A stretch of DNA of 64,000 bases from Candidatus Acidiferrales bacterium (GTDB lineage Bacteria > Desulfobacterota > Binatia > UBA9968), in assembly GCA_035559995.1 (NCBI GenBank), contig DATMAM010000009.1, positions 3,855 to 67,854 on the forward strand, written 5' to 3'. This document shows positions 8,520 through 17,997 of this stretch, piece by piece. The first letter of the stretch is position 1. Every line of letters starts with the position of its first letter. A model generated the notes under the pieces. That model saw only the letters and a program-made list of their open reading frames with translations, was not told the origin of the DNA and did not search any database. The translations under genes were made by a program, and so were the position numbers.

Positions 8520-10214
8520 CTACTGCTTGTCCCAGGTATGCGCGTTCCAGGTGCTCGCGTTCTGGCCGCCGCTTTCCTGCCGCGGCGTCACGCCGGTGAG
8601 CCCGCGCTTCACGACGAGAACCTCGGGCGAGTAGAAAAGCGGCAAATGGGGCAGCTGCTCGGTGAAGAGCTTGACAAATTCCACCTGCAGTTGGTCTTCG
8701 CGCTCATCGCTGATGATCGACTTGAGTTCGTCGAGAATCGCGTCTTTCTTGGGATCGCTCCAGCCCGACACGTTCTCCAGCACGAACTTGTTTTCCGGCG
8801 CGGGAATGTTCTTCGTGTGAAAGCGCTCCGGCCATTCCTCGACCGTCATGTTGTGGCTGCCGATAAAAGCGCCCGGCCAGCGGTTGCGATTTTCCGAGGA
8901 TTCGAGGATCCGGCGCGGCATATTGTTGATGCGCACGCGCGCGCCCATCTTCTGCCAGTAGTCCGCGATGATCGCCTGCACCTGCTCGTCGTCGCGGTTG
9001 CCCGCGCGCGCGCGAAACTCGATCTCCATTCGCTCGCCCTTGGCGTTTGTCAAGACGCCGTCGGCGCCGGGTTTCCACCCGGCCTCGGCCAAAAGCTGCC
9101 TGGCTTTGTCCGGGTTGTAGTCGTAGATGATTGCGCTCGCCAGCGCCTTTTTGTACGAGCGCCGAATGCGCGACAGCGGAAAATGCGAGATCAGGTCCTC
9201 TCCCGCAAAGACGTTCTTCAGCAGCGCATGCCGGTCGATCGCGTGCAAAAGCGCGCGCCGCACGCGCACGTCCTTGAACCACGGATTGTCGCGGCTGAGG
9301 TTGAGCCAGGTCCAGGAAGCCGGGCTGATATGGACCTTGCCCTTTCCTTCCTTTTCCCACTGATTGCGCAGAATCATCGCGCCATCGAACGAGATCGTGT
9401 TGCGCAGGCAAAGATCGACCTCTCCGGCAAGCACGGCCGCGAGGTTGGTGTTGTTGTCGTCCATCTGCCTGAGCGTGATGCGATCGATCTTGGGCCGGCC
9501 CAAGACAAAATCGTTGAACGCTTCCAGCTCCATGAGCTTTCCGCCTTGCCAGTTAACGACCCGGTAAGGCCCGACGCCGACAAACTGCCGATTCCAGAAC
9601 GGGTGGTTGGCGAACGCCTTCATGTCGCCGGACTTGAAGGCGTCCTCCAGCAGGTGGCGTGGAAAAGCCCGCACCTGGGTGTATTGGACAGCGTACGCCT
9701 CCTGATAAAGCGTGTTCCAGTGGATCACGATCGTGCGCTCGTCGGGCGTTTCGATCTTGGCGATCATCTCCGGCACGAGCCGGTCCGGCATCGGAAACTC
9801 AGGATGTTTCGCGATCTGCCAACCGAATTCAAAATCCCTGGAAGTGTAAGGTTTGCCGTCGTGCCACTTGAGTCCCGGCTTGAGCCGATAAACCGTCACC
9901 ATCGTTTTTTTCTGGTAGTCGATTTTCCACGTTCCCTTCTTGACAGAGGGCAGCTCTTCCGCGAGCACGGGAACGCGCTGCAGGGTCACGGGATTTTGCG
10001 TGGCGAGACCCGCGTCCACCAGGGCGACATGCTCGGTGTCGCGCCGGTTGTGATAACCCAAGCTCGTGACGGCTCTCTCGGAATGAATCACGATGTGCTT
10101 CTTTCCCGCCTGGGCCGCCGGCGCTGGCCCCGCCCACGGCCACACCGCCAGTCCCGCCGCCGTGACGCCGGTCGCCTGAATCAGTTCGCGTCGGGTTATT
10201 CCTTTTCCTGCCAT
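8520..10214 (-). CDS. ABC transporter substrate-binding protein, family 5; paralog of 5263..6972; Tat signal
   Basis: About 60% identity to the first SBP over the full length. Start set at ATG 10214 (MAGKGITRRELIQATGVTAAGLAVWPWAG), preceded by CCAGGAGG. The track ORF extends to 10604, but that N-extension is Arg-rich and non-protein-like. Confidence 0.8.
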   Translation of the reverse strand: MAGKGITRRELIQATGVTAAGLAVWPWAGPAPAAQAGKKHIVIHSERAVTSLGYHNRRDTEHVALVDAGLATQNPVTLQRVPVLAEELPSVKKGTWKIDYQKKTMVTVYRLKPGLKWHDGKPYTSRDFEFGWQIAKHPEFPMPDRLVPEMIAKIETPDERTIVIHWNTLYQEAYAVQYTQVRAFPRHLLEDAFKSGDMKAFANHPFWNRQFVGVGPYRVVNWQGGKLMELEAFNDFVLGRPKIDRITLRQMDDNNTNLAAVLAGEVDLCLRNTISFDGAMILRNQWEKEGKGKVHISPASWTWLNLSRDNPWFKDVRVRRALLHAIDRHALLKNVFAGEDLISHFPLSRIRRSYKKALASAIIYDYNPDKARQLLAEAGWKPGADGVLTNAKGERMEIEFRARAGNRDDEQVQAIIADYWQKMGARVRINNMPRRILESSENRNRWPGAFIGSHNMTVEEWPERFHTKNIPAPENKFVLENVSGWSDPKKDAILDELKSIISDEREDQLQVEFVKLFTEQLPHLPLFYSPEVLVVKRGLTGVTPRQESGGQNASTWNAHTWDKQ

Positions 10215-10384
10215 CTGCGCCTCCTGGAGTAGGCCCAAAGTTTGCCGCTGCCCGCCGCCGGCAGCGAGTGCAGCTGACTCATATAACCGCGCGCCGATTA
10301 TTGTCAAGATGACGCGCGGCAAACTGCAAAGTCGAAACCTGGCTGCCGTGTCCAAATTCATTGTGACGAAAGAGTCCACTGCCG

Positions 10385-10418
10385 TCGATTCCCGCGCGGG
10401 CGGGAATCGAGGTTTTAT
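10385..10418 (+). terminator. 26-nt near-perfect palindrome (TCGATTCCCGC-gcgg-GCGGGAATCGA) followed by GGTTTTAT in a divergent intergenic region
   Basis: 11-bp arms read directly from the sequence, with a U-tract on the + strand only. Sits 155 nt upstream of the M24 peptidase start. Confidence 0.35.
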
Positions 10419-10572
10419 GGCGTATTTTCCTGGATTCCGGCTCTCGCGGTCGAGCCGCCCGCTCGGGCGCAATGACGTCTTAGAGAAGTACCCGAATTTA
10501 TGGAATGTGATAGCGCGCTGAACTTCCTGACGCTTGACGGCAATCTTTCTTCGCGCGATGATTCTCCGCGCT

Positions 10573-11793
10573 ATGGAAACAAAAAAGATCGATGCTTTTC
10601 GCACGGACGAATCGGGAAAGCGAGCGCTGCGCTCTTTTTCGCTCGCGGAACGCGATCGGCGGTACGCCCAGGTGCGCCAGCTGATGGCCGAGCGCGGGCT
10701 CGACGCCCTCCTGGCGCCGGCGACCGACGTCGGCGAAGCGCAGGCGAACTCGCGCTACCTGAGCCAGATCGGCGGGGTCCAGGGAGGAGCTTGGGTTGTG
10801 TTTCCCGCTTCCGGCGAGGCGACGGCGATTGTCGCCGCCGAGCGCGAGTGGCGCATGTGGAGCGCGCACCTCGTCTGGCCCAAAGACCTGCGCTGGGGAA
10901 ATTTCTCCCAGCTCGTTCCCGACCGCGTAAAAGAGCTGGGCCTCGAGCGCAGCCGCATCGGCGTGATCGGCCTGGTCGATCAGTACATGCGGCCGGAGGG
11001 CGTCATTCCCTACGAGACCTGGCGGCGCATCACCGCCGCCCTGCCCGACGCGCAGTTTGTGCCCGCGAACGACGTGCTCGAGTTTGCGCGCGTGATCAAA
11101 GGTCCCGAAGAGATTGACGTGATCGAGCGAATCACCGCGGCCAATGAAGACGCGATCGCGAGAATGATGGAGGTCGCGCGCCCGGGCGTCGAGGAGGCGA
11201 CGGTGTGGATCGAGATGGCAAAGGTTCTCATCGAGCACACCGCCGACTACCCGGCGCGCCTTTCGCTTGGCTCGAACGGCCGCCCCGCCAACGCGAGCAA
11301 CACCATGGCGCTTCCGATCGCGATGGAAGACGGCGGCGTCTTGAGCCAGGAGATCGACGCGCGGCTGCAGGGCTACCGCGCGCAATCGAACCATTCGATA
11401 CTGATCGGTACCAGGAATGCCGAGGCGTACCGCTCGGCGATGGAGGTCGCGATCGAGACCTACGCGCACCTGCTCGAGTGGATCAGGCCGGGGAAGACGA
11501 TCGGCGAGTTCCTCGACGAGTTCGTTCGGTTTGCGGACAGCCGGCGCGCCAAAGCCGGCGGCGTGATCATCCACACGAACGGCCTCGGCCAGGACCGGCC
11601 GCGCGTGGGGCCCGGCCCCGACGTCAAGGACCGCGACATGGTCATCCGGCCCGGCTTTACCTTCTCCATCAAGCCGCAGGTCGAGATGAAGGCCACGGGC
11701 GTGCGCGCGCAGGTCGGCGATCCGCTGACCGTGACCGACCGCGGCGCCAGGCGCCTGGGCCGGCGCAAGCTCGAGCCGTTTGTGACCGGATAG
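10573..11793 (+). CDS. M24-family metallopeptidase (Xaa-Pro aminopeptidase/creatinase-like)
   Basis: Creatinase_N-like N-domain plus pita-bread C-domain (HTNGLGQD...IRPGFTFSIKPQVE). Start at ATG 10573 (METKKIDAFR). Confidence 0.7.
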   Translation: METKKIDAFRTDESGKRALRSFSLAERDRRYAQVRQLMAERGLDALLAPATDVGEAQANSRYLSQIGGVQGGAWVVFPASGEATAIVAAEREWRMWSAHLVWPKDLRWGNFSQLVPDRVKELGLERSRIGVIGLVDQYMRPEGVIPYETWRRITAALPDAQFVPANDVLEFARVIKGPEEIDVIERITAANEDAIARMMEVARPGVEEATVWIEMAKVLIEHTADYPARLSLGSNGRPANASNTMALPIAMEDGGVLSQEIDARLQGYRAQSNHSILIGTRNAEAYRSAMEVAIETYAHLLEWIRPGKTIGEFLDEFVRFADSRRAKAGGVIIHTNGLGQDRPRVGPGPDVKDRDMVIRPGFTFSIKPQVEMKATGVRAQVGDPLTVTDRGARRLGRRKLEPFVTG

Positions 11794-11904
11794 CGGCCCG
11801 CGCGGGCGCGCGGAGCGGTCGGCGGCCAGCGCCGCGCCCCCGCGCGTTGCGCCGTCGATGGTTGCGCTTTGCGCTGCGCGCGCCGCTGTGCCATAAGAAT
11901 TGTT

Positions 11905-12768
11905 GTGCCCACGTGGTTGCAGCTTTCCTTTAAGGCCCCACCCGAGGCGCTCGACACCGTATCTAATTTTTTAATCGAGAGAGGATCGCCGGGAGTCGTC
12001 ATCGAGAAAAACGGCGTGCGCGCGTTTTTTCCCCTCGCCGAAGCGAGGGGCAACCTGCGCCGCGATATCCAGAACTTTCACAGAGCGCTCGGGCATATCT
12101 ATCCCAGCCTAAACGGGCAGCCGCTGCGTTGGGCGCCCTTAAAAGACAGGAACTGGAACAATTCCTGGCGGCGTTTTTTCGCGCCGATCGAGGTCGGCAG
12201 AAGCCTGTGGATCGCGCCGCCGTGGGTCCGCCGCTCACCGCCGCCGGGCCGCCAGGCCATCACGGTCGAACCGGGGATGGCGTTCGGAACCGGGACGCAT
12301 TTCACGACGCGCACCTGCCTGGAGTTCATCGAGCGGGTGGCGGCGTCGCTTGCGCCGCGCCGCTGGATCGCGCTCGACCTGGGAACCGGCTCGGGCATCC
12401 TCGCGATCGCGCTTGCCAAGCTTAAAGCGCAAAAGGTGCTGGCGCTCGATCTCGATCCGCTCGCCGTCAAAACGGCGCGCGATAATGTGCGGCGCAACCG
12501 GGTGAGCGATTTCGTTACGGTGCGCCGTGCGGGCCTGGAGAGCGTTTCGGGCTCCTTTGACGTCGTGGCGGCGAACCTTACGGCGGAAACGTTGATCGCG
12601 CTCGCCCAAAGATTGGCGCGCGCGGTGGCGCCCGGAGGATCGTTGATCGTTTCCGGCATTCTCAGGCCGAAGACGAAGAGCGTGCTCGGAAAGTTTCCGG
12701 ACATGCGCCTCGCGCACCAAAAAGCCGACCGCGAATGGTCGACATTGCTGCTGCAAAAAGAGACCTAA
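11905..12768 (+). CDS. prmA: Ribosomal protein L11 methyltransferase
   Basis: VPTWLQLSF... aligns with the PrmA N-terminus (MPWIQLKL). AdoMet motif LDLGTGSGILAIA. GTG 11905 preferred over the TTG 11869 track start. Confidence 0.75.
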   Translation: MPTWLQLSFKAPPEALDTVSNFLIERGSPGVVIEKNGVRAFFPLAEARGNLRRDIQNFHRALGHIYPSLNGQPLRWAPLKDRNWNNSWRRFFAPIEVGRSLWIAPPWVRRSPPPGRQAITVEPGMAFGTGTHFTTRTCLEFIERVAASLAPRRWIALDLGTGSGILAIALAKLKAQKVLALDLDPLAVKTARDNVRRNRVSDFVTVRRAGLESVSGSFDVVAANLTAETLIALAQRLARAVAPGGSLIVSGILRPKTKSVLGKFPDMRLAHQKADREWSTLLLQKET

Positions 12769-12769
12769 C

Positions 12770-13507
12770 GTGCGGCGCCTGTACACCGAAAATATTGACG
12801 CCGCGCGCGGCAAGGCTTCTGTCACGGGAGCGGAGTTCGACCACTTGCGCGTGCTGCGGCTTCGGACCGGCGACACTTTGCTAATCTTCGATGGCAGCGG
12901 CACCGAGCACGAAGCCCGGATCGACGCGTGCACGGACCGAGCCGCCGAGCTGAGCATCATCCGCTCGTACCGGCCACAGCGAGAGTCGCTGCTCCAGCTG
13001 ACGCTCGCGCAATGCCTCGGGAAAGGCGAAAAGATGGATTGGGTCGTGGAGAAGGCGGTCGAGCTGGGCGCGCAAAAGATCGTTCCCTTGCTCTCGGCCT
13101 ACACGGTTCCGCGCCTCGACTCCGACAAAATGGCGAAGCGTAAATCGCGCTGGGAAAAAATTGCGCTCAGCGCGGCGAAACAGTGCGGGCGCACGGCGGT
13201 TCCCGAGATCGCGCCGGTTGCGTCTTTTTTCGACTTCATCGATCTCCCTTGGCCGCAGGAGCTCAAGTTCATGTTCTGGGAAAACGAGTCGTCTCGCGGG
13301 CCGTTCGAGATCAAGCGTGACCTCCCGGAGGCCCGTTCCGCTCTTCTGCTCATCGGCCCGGAGGGCGGATTTGCCGCGCGCGAGGTGCAGGCGGCAGTCG
13401 GGCGCGGCTTTCGCACCGTGCGCCTGGGCAAGCGCATCCTCCGGACCGAAACGGCGGCCGTCGCGGCGCTGGCGATCGTGCAATCGCTCTGGGGCGATAT
13501 GGGATAG
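12770..13507 (+). CDS. rsmE: 16S rRNA (uracil1498-N3)-methyltransferase
   Basis: RsmE PUA-like N-domain plus SPOUT C-domain (LLIGPEGGFAAREV...TVRLGKRILRTETAAVAA). GTG start 2 nt after the prmA stop. Confidence 0.8.
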   Translation: MRRLYTENIDAARGKASVTGAEFDHLRVLRLRTGDTLLIFDGSGTEHEARIDACTDRAAELSIIRSYRPQRESLLQLTLAQCLGKGEKMDWVVEKAVELGAQKIVPLLSAYTVPRLDSDKMAKRKSRWEKIALSAAKQCGRTAVPEIAPVASFFDFIDLPWPQELKFMFWENESSRGPFEIKRDLPEARSALLLIGPEGGFAAREVQAAVGRGFRTVRLGKRILRTETAAVAALAIVQSLWGDMG

Positions 13508-13619
13508 CGGCGGGTCGCCGAACATGCACTGGCGTTGCGGAGCGGCGGACTCTTGGAGCGTCGGGATGGGGCCCGGCAGCGCGCTCCTTCATGCCCGCGT
13601 CGCGCCGTTACTTTAAAAG

Positions 13620-14258
13620 ATGGCCATGATTTGCCGCAGCTGCGGATTCCGCGCGTCTTCCGAAGCGAGCCATTGCCCCCTGTGCGGCAGCCGATGGGAA
13701 ATGGAAAAGGACCAGTTCGATTGGCAACTTCCGCTGGAGGACTACGGCCGTTTTCCCCGGCGCGCCGAAGCCGGTGAAACGGCCGCGGGCGCAAGCGCGG
13801 CGCCCCGCTGGGGCGGCTGGGCGCGCCGGGCGCTTGCGTTTTCGATCGATCTCGCGATGGTGGCCGCCTTTTCCGCGCTTCTGGTTTACTTGACGTATGT
13901 GGCTTACAGCGTAGGGCTTGCCGCCAACCGCCGCACCCTCTCCTTGCACAACGCGGCTCCCTTTTGGCGGCTCTCGCTCTGGGGATGTTTCTTCCTCGGC
14001 GCCTGGTATTTTATCCTTTTTCACGCCGTCGCCGGCAAAACCATCGGCAAATGGCTCCTCGGGCTGCGCGTCGTCGGTCAAAACTGCGCGCCCATCACTT
14101 ACCGCCAAGCGGTGAAGCGCTGCATCGGCTATCTCATCTCCGCCGTCTTCGGCCTGGGCTTTTTGTGGATTCTCGTGAGCCGGGAGCGCAGAGGGTGGCA
14201 CGATCATATCGCGGGCACGTGGGTGATCCGCGATCGGGCCGGAGGAAGGACGGCATGA
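13620..14258 (+). CDS. RDD-family membrane protein with N-terminal zinc ribbon
   Basis: CRSCGF...CPLCGS zinc ribbon, then RDD-domain TM helices (RRALAFSIDLAMV...GKWLLGLRVV). Confidence 0.65.
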   Translation: MAMICRSCGFRASSEASHCPLCGSRWEMEKDQFDWQLPLEDYGRFPRRAEAGETAAGASAAPRWGGWARRALAFSIDLAMVAAFSALLVYLTYVAYSVGLAANRRTLSLHNAAPFWRLSLWGCFFLGAWYFILFHAVAGKTIGKWLLGLRVVGQNCAPITYRQAVKRCIGYLISAVFGLGFLWILVSRERRGWHDHIAGTWVIRDRAGGRTA

Positions 14259-15229
14259 GCGCGCTAAAAATCGGGGTCATTATGGACCCCATCCAGAACA
14301 TCGACATCAACAAGGACACAACCTTTGTGATCATGCTCGAGGCGCAAAGAAGGGGCCACCGGCTCTTTTACATGGAGCTTCAAGACCTCTTCATCGAGAG
14401 CGCGGTTCCGTGCGCGTCGTCGCGGCCGGTGCGCGTCGTTCGCGGGACGCCTCATTTCGAGCTCGGCGCCGCCGAATCCCGGCCGCTCACCTGGTTCGAT
14501 ATCGTGCTCATGCGCAAGGACCCGCCGTTCGACATGAATTTTTTCTTCGCCACTCATCTTCTTAGCCTCGTCGACCGGCGCGAGTGCGCCGTGATCAATG
14601 ATCCTCACGGCTTGAGGGAGGCGACGGAAAAGCTCTACGCGCTGAATTTTCCCCAGATCATACCGCCGTCGATCGTGACCAGCAGCATTCAACGGCTAAA
14701 AGACTTCATGGACCAGCAAGGAGGCGAGATGATCGTCAAGCCGCTCGAAGGCGCCGGCGGGCGCGGCGTGCTGTATCTCAGCAGAAAAGATCGCAACGTT
14801 AACGCCCTGCTGGAGATGGTCACGCTGGAAGGAAAAATCCCCGTGATGGGGCAGCGCTACTTGCCGGAAATCCGGACCGGCGACAAGCGAGTGTTGGTCC
14901 TCGACGGCGAGCCGATCGGCGCGCTCTTGCGCGTGCCGCGCGACGACGACAACCGCGCCAACATTCACGCGGGAGGCGCGTCCGCGCCGGCGAGGATCAG
15001 CGCGCGCGACCGCGACATCTGCGCCGTGCTCGCGGCGCCGTTCAAGCAGCTCGGCCTCCATTTTGTCGGCCTGGACGTGATCGGCGATTTCGTCACGGAG
15101 ATAAACGTGACGAGCCCGACCTGCGTCCAGGAGATCAACGCCTTTGACGGCGTTAAACTCGAGGAGAAGATCGTCGACCTGATCGAAAAAAAAAGCGCCG
15201 CGGGGATAACGCGCGCGCCTTGGCTGTGA
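14255..15229 (+). CDS. gshB: Glutathione synthetase
   Basis: MSALKIGVIMDPIQNIDINKDTTFVIMLEAQRRGH... is a canonical GshB N-domain; ATP-grasp C-domain. ATG overlaps the upstream TGA (ATGA) for translational coupling. Confidence 0.85.
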   Translation: MSALKIGVIMDPIQNIDINKDTTFVIMLEAQRRGHRLFYMELQDLFIESAVPCASSRPVRVVRGTPHFELGAAESRPLTWFDIVLMRKDPPFDMNFFFATHLLSLVDRRECAVINDPHGLREATEKLYALNFPQIIPPSIVTSSIQRLKDFMDQQGGEMIVKPLEGAGGRGVLYLSRKDRNVNALLEMVTLEGKIPVMGQRYLPEIRTGDKRVLVLDGEPIGALLRVPRDDDNRANIHAGGASAPARISARDRDICAVLAAPFKQLGLHFVGLDVIGDFVTEINVTSPTCVQEINAFDGVKLEEKIVDLIEKKSAAGITRAPWL

Positions 15230-15280
15230 CGGGCGCCGGCGAGGAAGCGGCACGAAAGAAAAGGCGGGGGTCGGATCAGT

Positions 15281-15496
15281 CTAGGCGGCTTTCTGTGTCT
15301 TATGGGACAACTGGCTGGCCGCTAGCTGGTCTCGACCGTAGTACATGGCGATCGCGGAACTCAGGATAAAAAGCGCGCCGAGCACGATCGAGTTCCAGTA
15401 GGACTCAACAGCGCTGGTAAAACCCAGCACATACGGCGAAACGATTAACCAGAGTCCAAGAAGCAGATGCAGCCCAAACCAATAGAAGGTTTTCAT
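15281..15496 (-). CDS. Small two-TM membrane protein (SPW-repeat-like)
   Basis: 71 aa, two hydrophobic helices with SPY/W motifs. RBS GGAGGTG lies 6 nt upstream. Confidence 0.55.
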   Translation of the reverse strand: MKTFYWFGLHLLLGLWLIVSPYVLGFTSAVESYWNSIVLGALFILSSAIAMYYGRDQLAASQLSHKTQKAA

Positions 15497-15656
15497 AGGA
15501 CTTCACCTCCTTCCTTTCTATTCTCTTGGCCCTTGCCGCCGCCTCTGCCGGCAATGGTTCGGGGATAAAACCGTATCCGCTTACAATTTTAAGTTTGCCT
15601 TGTTTTCTGTCAATGGTGGGGACACCGCCCAGAGCCCCGGGACTCAAACCCCGGGT

Positions 15657-15896
15657 TCAGGTATGCTGCGGTTTTAATTCGGATGCCGTTCCGGCCGCGG
15701 CCCGCGCCGGAGCGGTTGTTCGAACCTCAGCGGCGTCTCTGGCCGGTTTTCCGAACGGGATGAGCGTGACCAGCCAGCCGACAAAGCTCACAATAAAAAC
15801 CAGAAGCGCAATGGCGAGTACCGCGGCCAGGATTCCCCCGGCGACGGCGATCAGCAAATAAGCGACAGGAGTCATAGCTGAGCCAAAATTAATCAC
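15657..15896 (-). CDS. Small single/double-TM membrane protein
   Basis: Hydrophobic 45-aa N-terminal segment plus charged tail; weak SD; start ambiguous (GTG 15896 or ATG 15875). Confidence 0.35.
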   Translation of the reverse strand: MINFGSAMTPVAYLLIAVAGGILAAVLAIALLVFIVSFVGWLVTLIPFGKPARDAAEVRTTAPARAAAGTASELKPQHT

Positions 15897-15999
15897 AGGG
15901 CCTCAGTGCGTCAACCGGCATAGAGGGCGAAAACGCCGTTAAGCGGATCTTAACCTCTGGTTGACTCACCCGGCTTTTTACGCAATATTTCAACGCTGT

Positions 16000-16072
<73 letters not shown>

Positions 16073-16550
16073 TATCGACCCCATTCGCACAAGAAAAATG
16101 TTCCGGTTTTGTCCCAAGTTCGATTGCAGAACAGCGTTGATCGCCTTTCTTACTTCTGGCGCAACGATTGCGCTCCCCGTCTCAGATTGACTCCGCAGCG
16201 CTTCAAATTTCGTTCCTAGATCGGCCACGGCTTTGGCCTTGCGCTCCGGAACCAGGAGCGGGCATGCGATTCGATCCGCCGCGCTCTCCGGCCGCGCCCC
16301 GATCGGTCAAGCCCTCTTAGATCCCGTTCCGCTCGCGGTGCAAACTCAATGGTCCGGCCATACGGGCGCCGCAGCGTTTCGCTCGCCCTCTTTAAGCCTG
16401 CTCATCCGCTGTCGCTCAGCGTTCGTAAAGTGTTGGGCCGTTACTGTGTCGTTGCCTTCCTGCGCAGCGGTGCTATGATCGGCTCCCTGCCGTCGGAAAT
16501 GCACCGGGCAGTAACAGTGCCGTCAGCCTGACAAGAGGAGGAATTGAGCG

Positions 16551-17588
16551 ATGATTCGATATTTCGCCGAGGGAAGTTTCTTACAGGCGGGCCGGCTCGC
16601 CCCGTTGTGTCTCGCCGCCTTCCTTGTGCCCGGTCCCGTAGCGGCGGCCGAATCTCTCGACCAACTTTACGAGAAAGCCAAACAAGAAGGAGGAAGACTC
16701 ACGCTCTATGCGCCTCTATCCACGCGCACGCAGGAGGTGATTCTTCCGGCGTTCATGAAAAGGTTTCCCGGCGTGACCATCAACCATATCGACAGCACCT
16801 CGGATAAGCTGATCGCGCGCGTGGTCAGCGAGCTGCGGGGCGGGCGCGTGCTGGCCGATGTCATCAGCGGCGCGCTCAGCTACATACCACAAATGCTCGA
16901 CCAAAGTTTCCTTGCGCCGCTCAGGGTCCCCGAGGCCGCGGCTTATCCGGACCAGATGAAAGGCGAGTACTGGGTCGCCACCGATGTGCAATTTTACGTT
17001 GCCGGCTGGAACACCGGCCTGGTCAAAAAAGGCGAAGAGCCGAAAAGCTTCGAAGACTTGGCGAACCCCAGGTGGAAGAGCAACCTGATGGGCGAGCCGC
17101 GCGATTTTCAGCTCCTCGTGGGATTCGCGAAGGTGAAATACAAAAGCGATGAAAGGGCCGTCGATCTGTTCAAGAAGATCGCTGCCAACCAGGTGGAATT
17201 CCACCGCGGCCATTCCCAACTCGCGGAGCTTCTTGTGGCGGGACAGCGCGCCGTTTGTTTCACGTGTTATTCGCATCATTTTCCGCCGCGCATGAAGAAA
17301 GGCGCGCCGATTCGGCCGATGCTGACCGAAGGCGTCGGTGAAATAGGCGGCTCGGTGGCGATTCTCAAGGGCGCGCCTCATCCGAACGCGGCCATGCTGT
17401 GGGCGCGTTGGGCGGTGAGCGAAGAAGGCCAGCGGATGTACGCCCAAGCCGGAGAGACTCCGGCTCATCCGAAGGTCGAGCCGCTCGAAAAGGTCCGGCC
17501 GGAGCAACCCTACATGCTGTCGGTGGCCGACGTCAAAGAATTTCCGCGGTACGAAAAGCTGTGGAAGGAGATCTTCCAGATCCGCTAG
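16551..17588 (+). CDS. ABC transporter substrate-binding protein, family 1 (iron(III)/polyamine-type)
   Basis: Signal peptide (LCLAAFLVPGPVAAA). SBP_bac_1-like core. RBS AGAGGAGG lies 7 nt upstream. Confidence 0.7.
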   Translation: MIRYFAEGSFLQAGRLAPLCLAAFLVPGPVAAAESLDQLYEKAKQEGGRLTLYAPLSTRTQEVILPAFMKRFPGVTINHIDSTSDKLIARVVSELRGGRVLADVISGALSYIPQMLDQSFLAPLRVPEAAAYPDQMKGEYWVATDVQFYVAGWNTGLVKKGEEPKSFEDLANPRWKSNLMGEPRDFQLLVGFAKVKYKSDERAVDLFKKIAANQVEFHRGHSQLAELLVAGQRAVCFTCYSHHFPPRMKKGAPIRPMLTEGVGEIGGSVAILKGAPHPNAAMLWARWAVSEEGQRMYAQAGETPAHPKVEPLEKVRPEQPYMLSVADVKEFPRYEKLWKEIFQIR

Positions 17589-17939
17589 AGCGACGGGCGC
17601 CGGCGTCCTTCAATTGTCTCTTTCGCCGTTTCGAACCGGCCTTCTCGGGAACTTCAGGACTCCTCCACGGCTCGCCTTCGTAATCGCGCGACATAAGCCT
17701 CCCGCGCAAGAGCCCGCCGCCATCAGGGAAGGGTCGGTGATCCGCGAGATGCCGCCGAGCCGCGTTCTTTATGTCCGCAGGAACCGCGCCGCAGGCGGGC
17801 GCGAACTTGAGATTGGCCATCCTTCGCTGAACCGCTGGCAATTTTTTCGTCTCGGCAGTCTTCCCGCGAGCTTGTTCAGAGCTACTTTTCATTTACGGAG
17901 GCCTAAATTCGCCCCGCATCCGGGCATCGCATCTTGCGC

Positions 17940-17969
17940 TTGACAGCGCCGGACCGGGAGCAGTATGGG
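17940..17969 (+). promoter_or_regulatory. Sigma-70-like promoter candidate for tctC (TTGACA-N18-TATGGG)
   Basis: Consensus -35 hexamer plus 4/6 -10, 28 nt upstream of ATG 17998. Confidence 0.3.
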
Positions 17970-17997
17970 ACAGACAGACCAACCCCGGGGGCATCGT

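Noticed and set aside
7163-10232. Long plus-strand ORFs (478 aa and 573 aa) opposite the LVIVD and second SBP genes
   Set aside because: Extremely Arg-rich with no domain signatures; the minus-strand genes are clearly real.
15628-15653. CCCGGG-N8-CCCGGG hairpin after the small membrane-protein gene as a terminator
   Set aside because: No U-tract on either strand; a self-complementary GC hexamer pair of this kind is expected by chance in high-GC DNA.
16107-16115. 9-nt repeat of the tRNA-Phe 3' region (AGTTCGATT) as an att site
   Set aside because: Too short and too close (about 45 nt) to define an island on its own; kept only as a weak note in findings.
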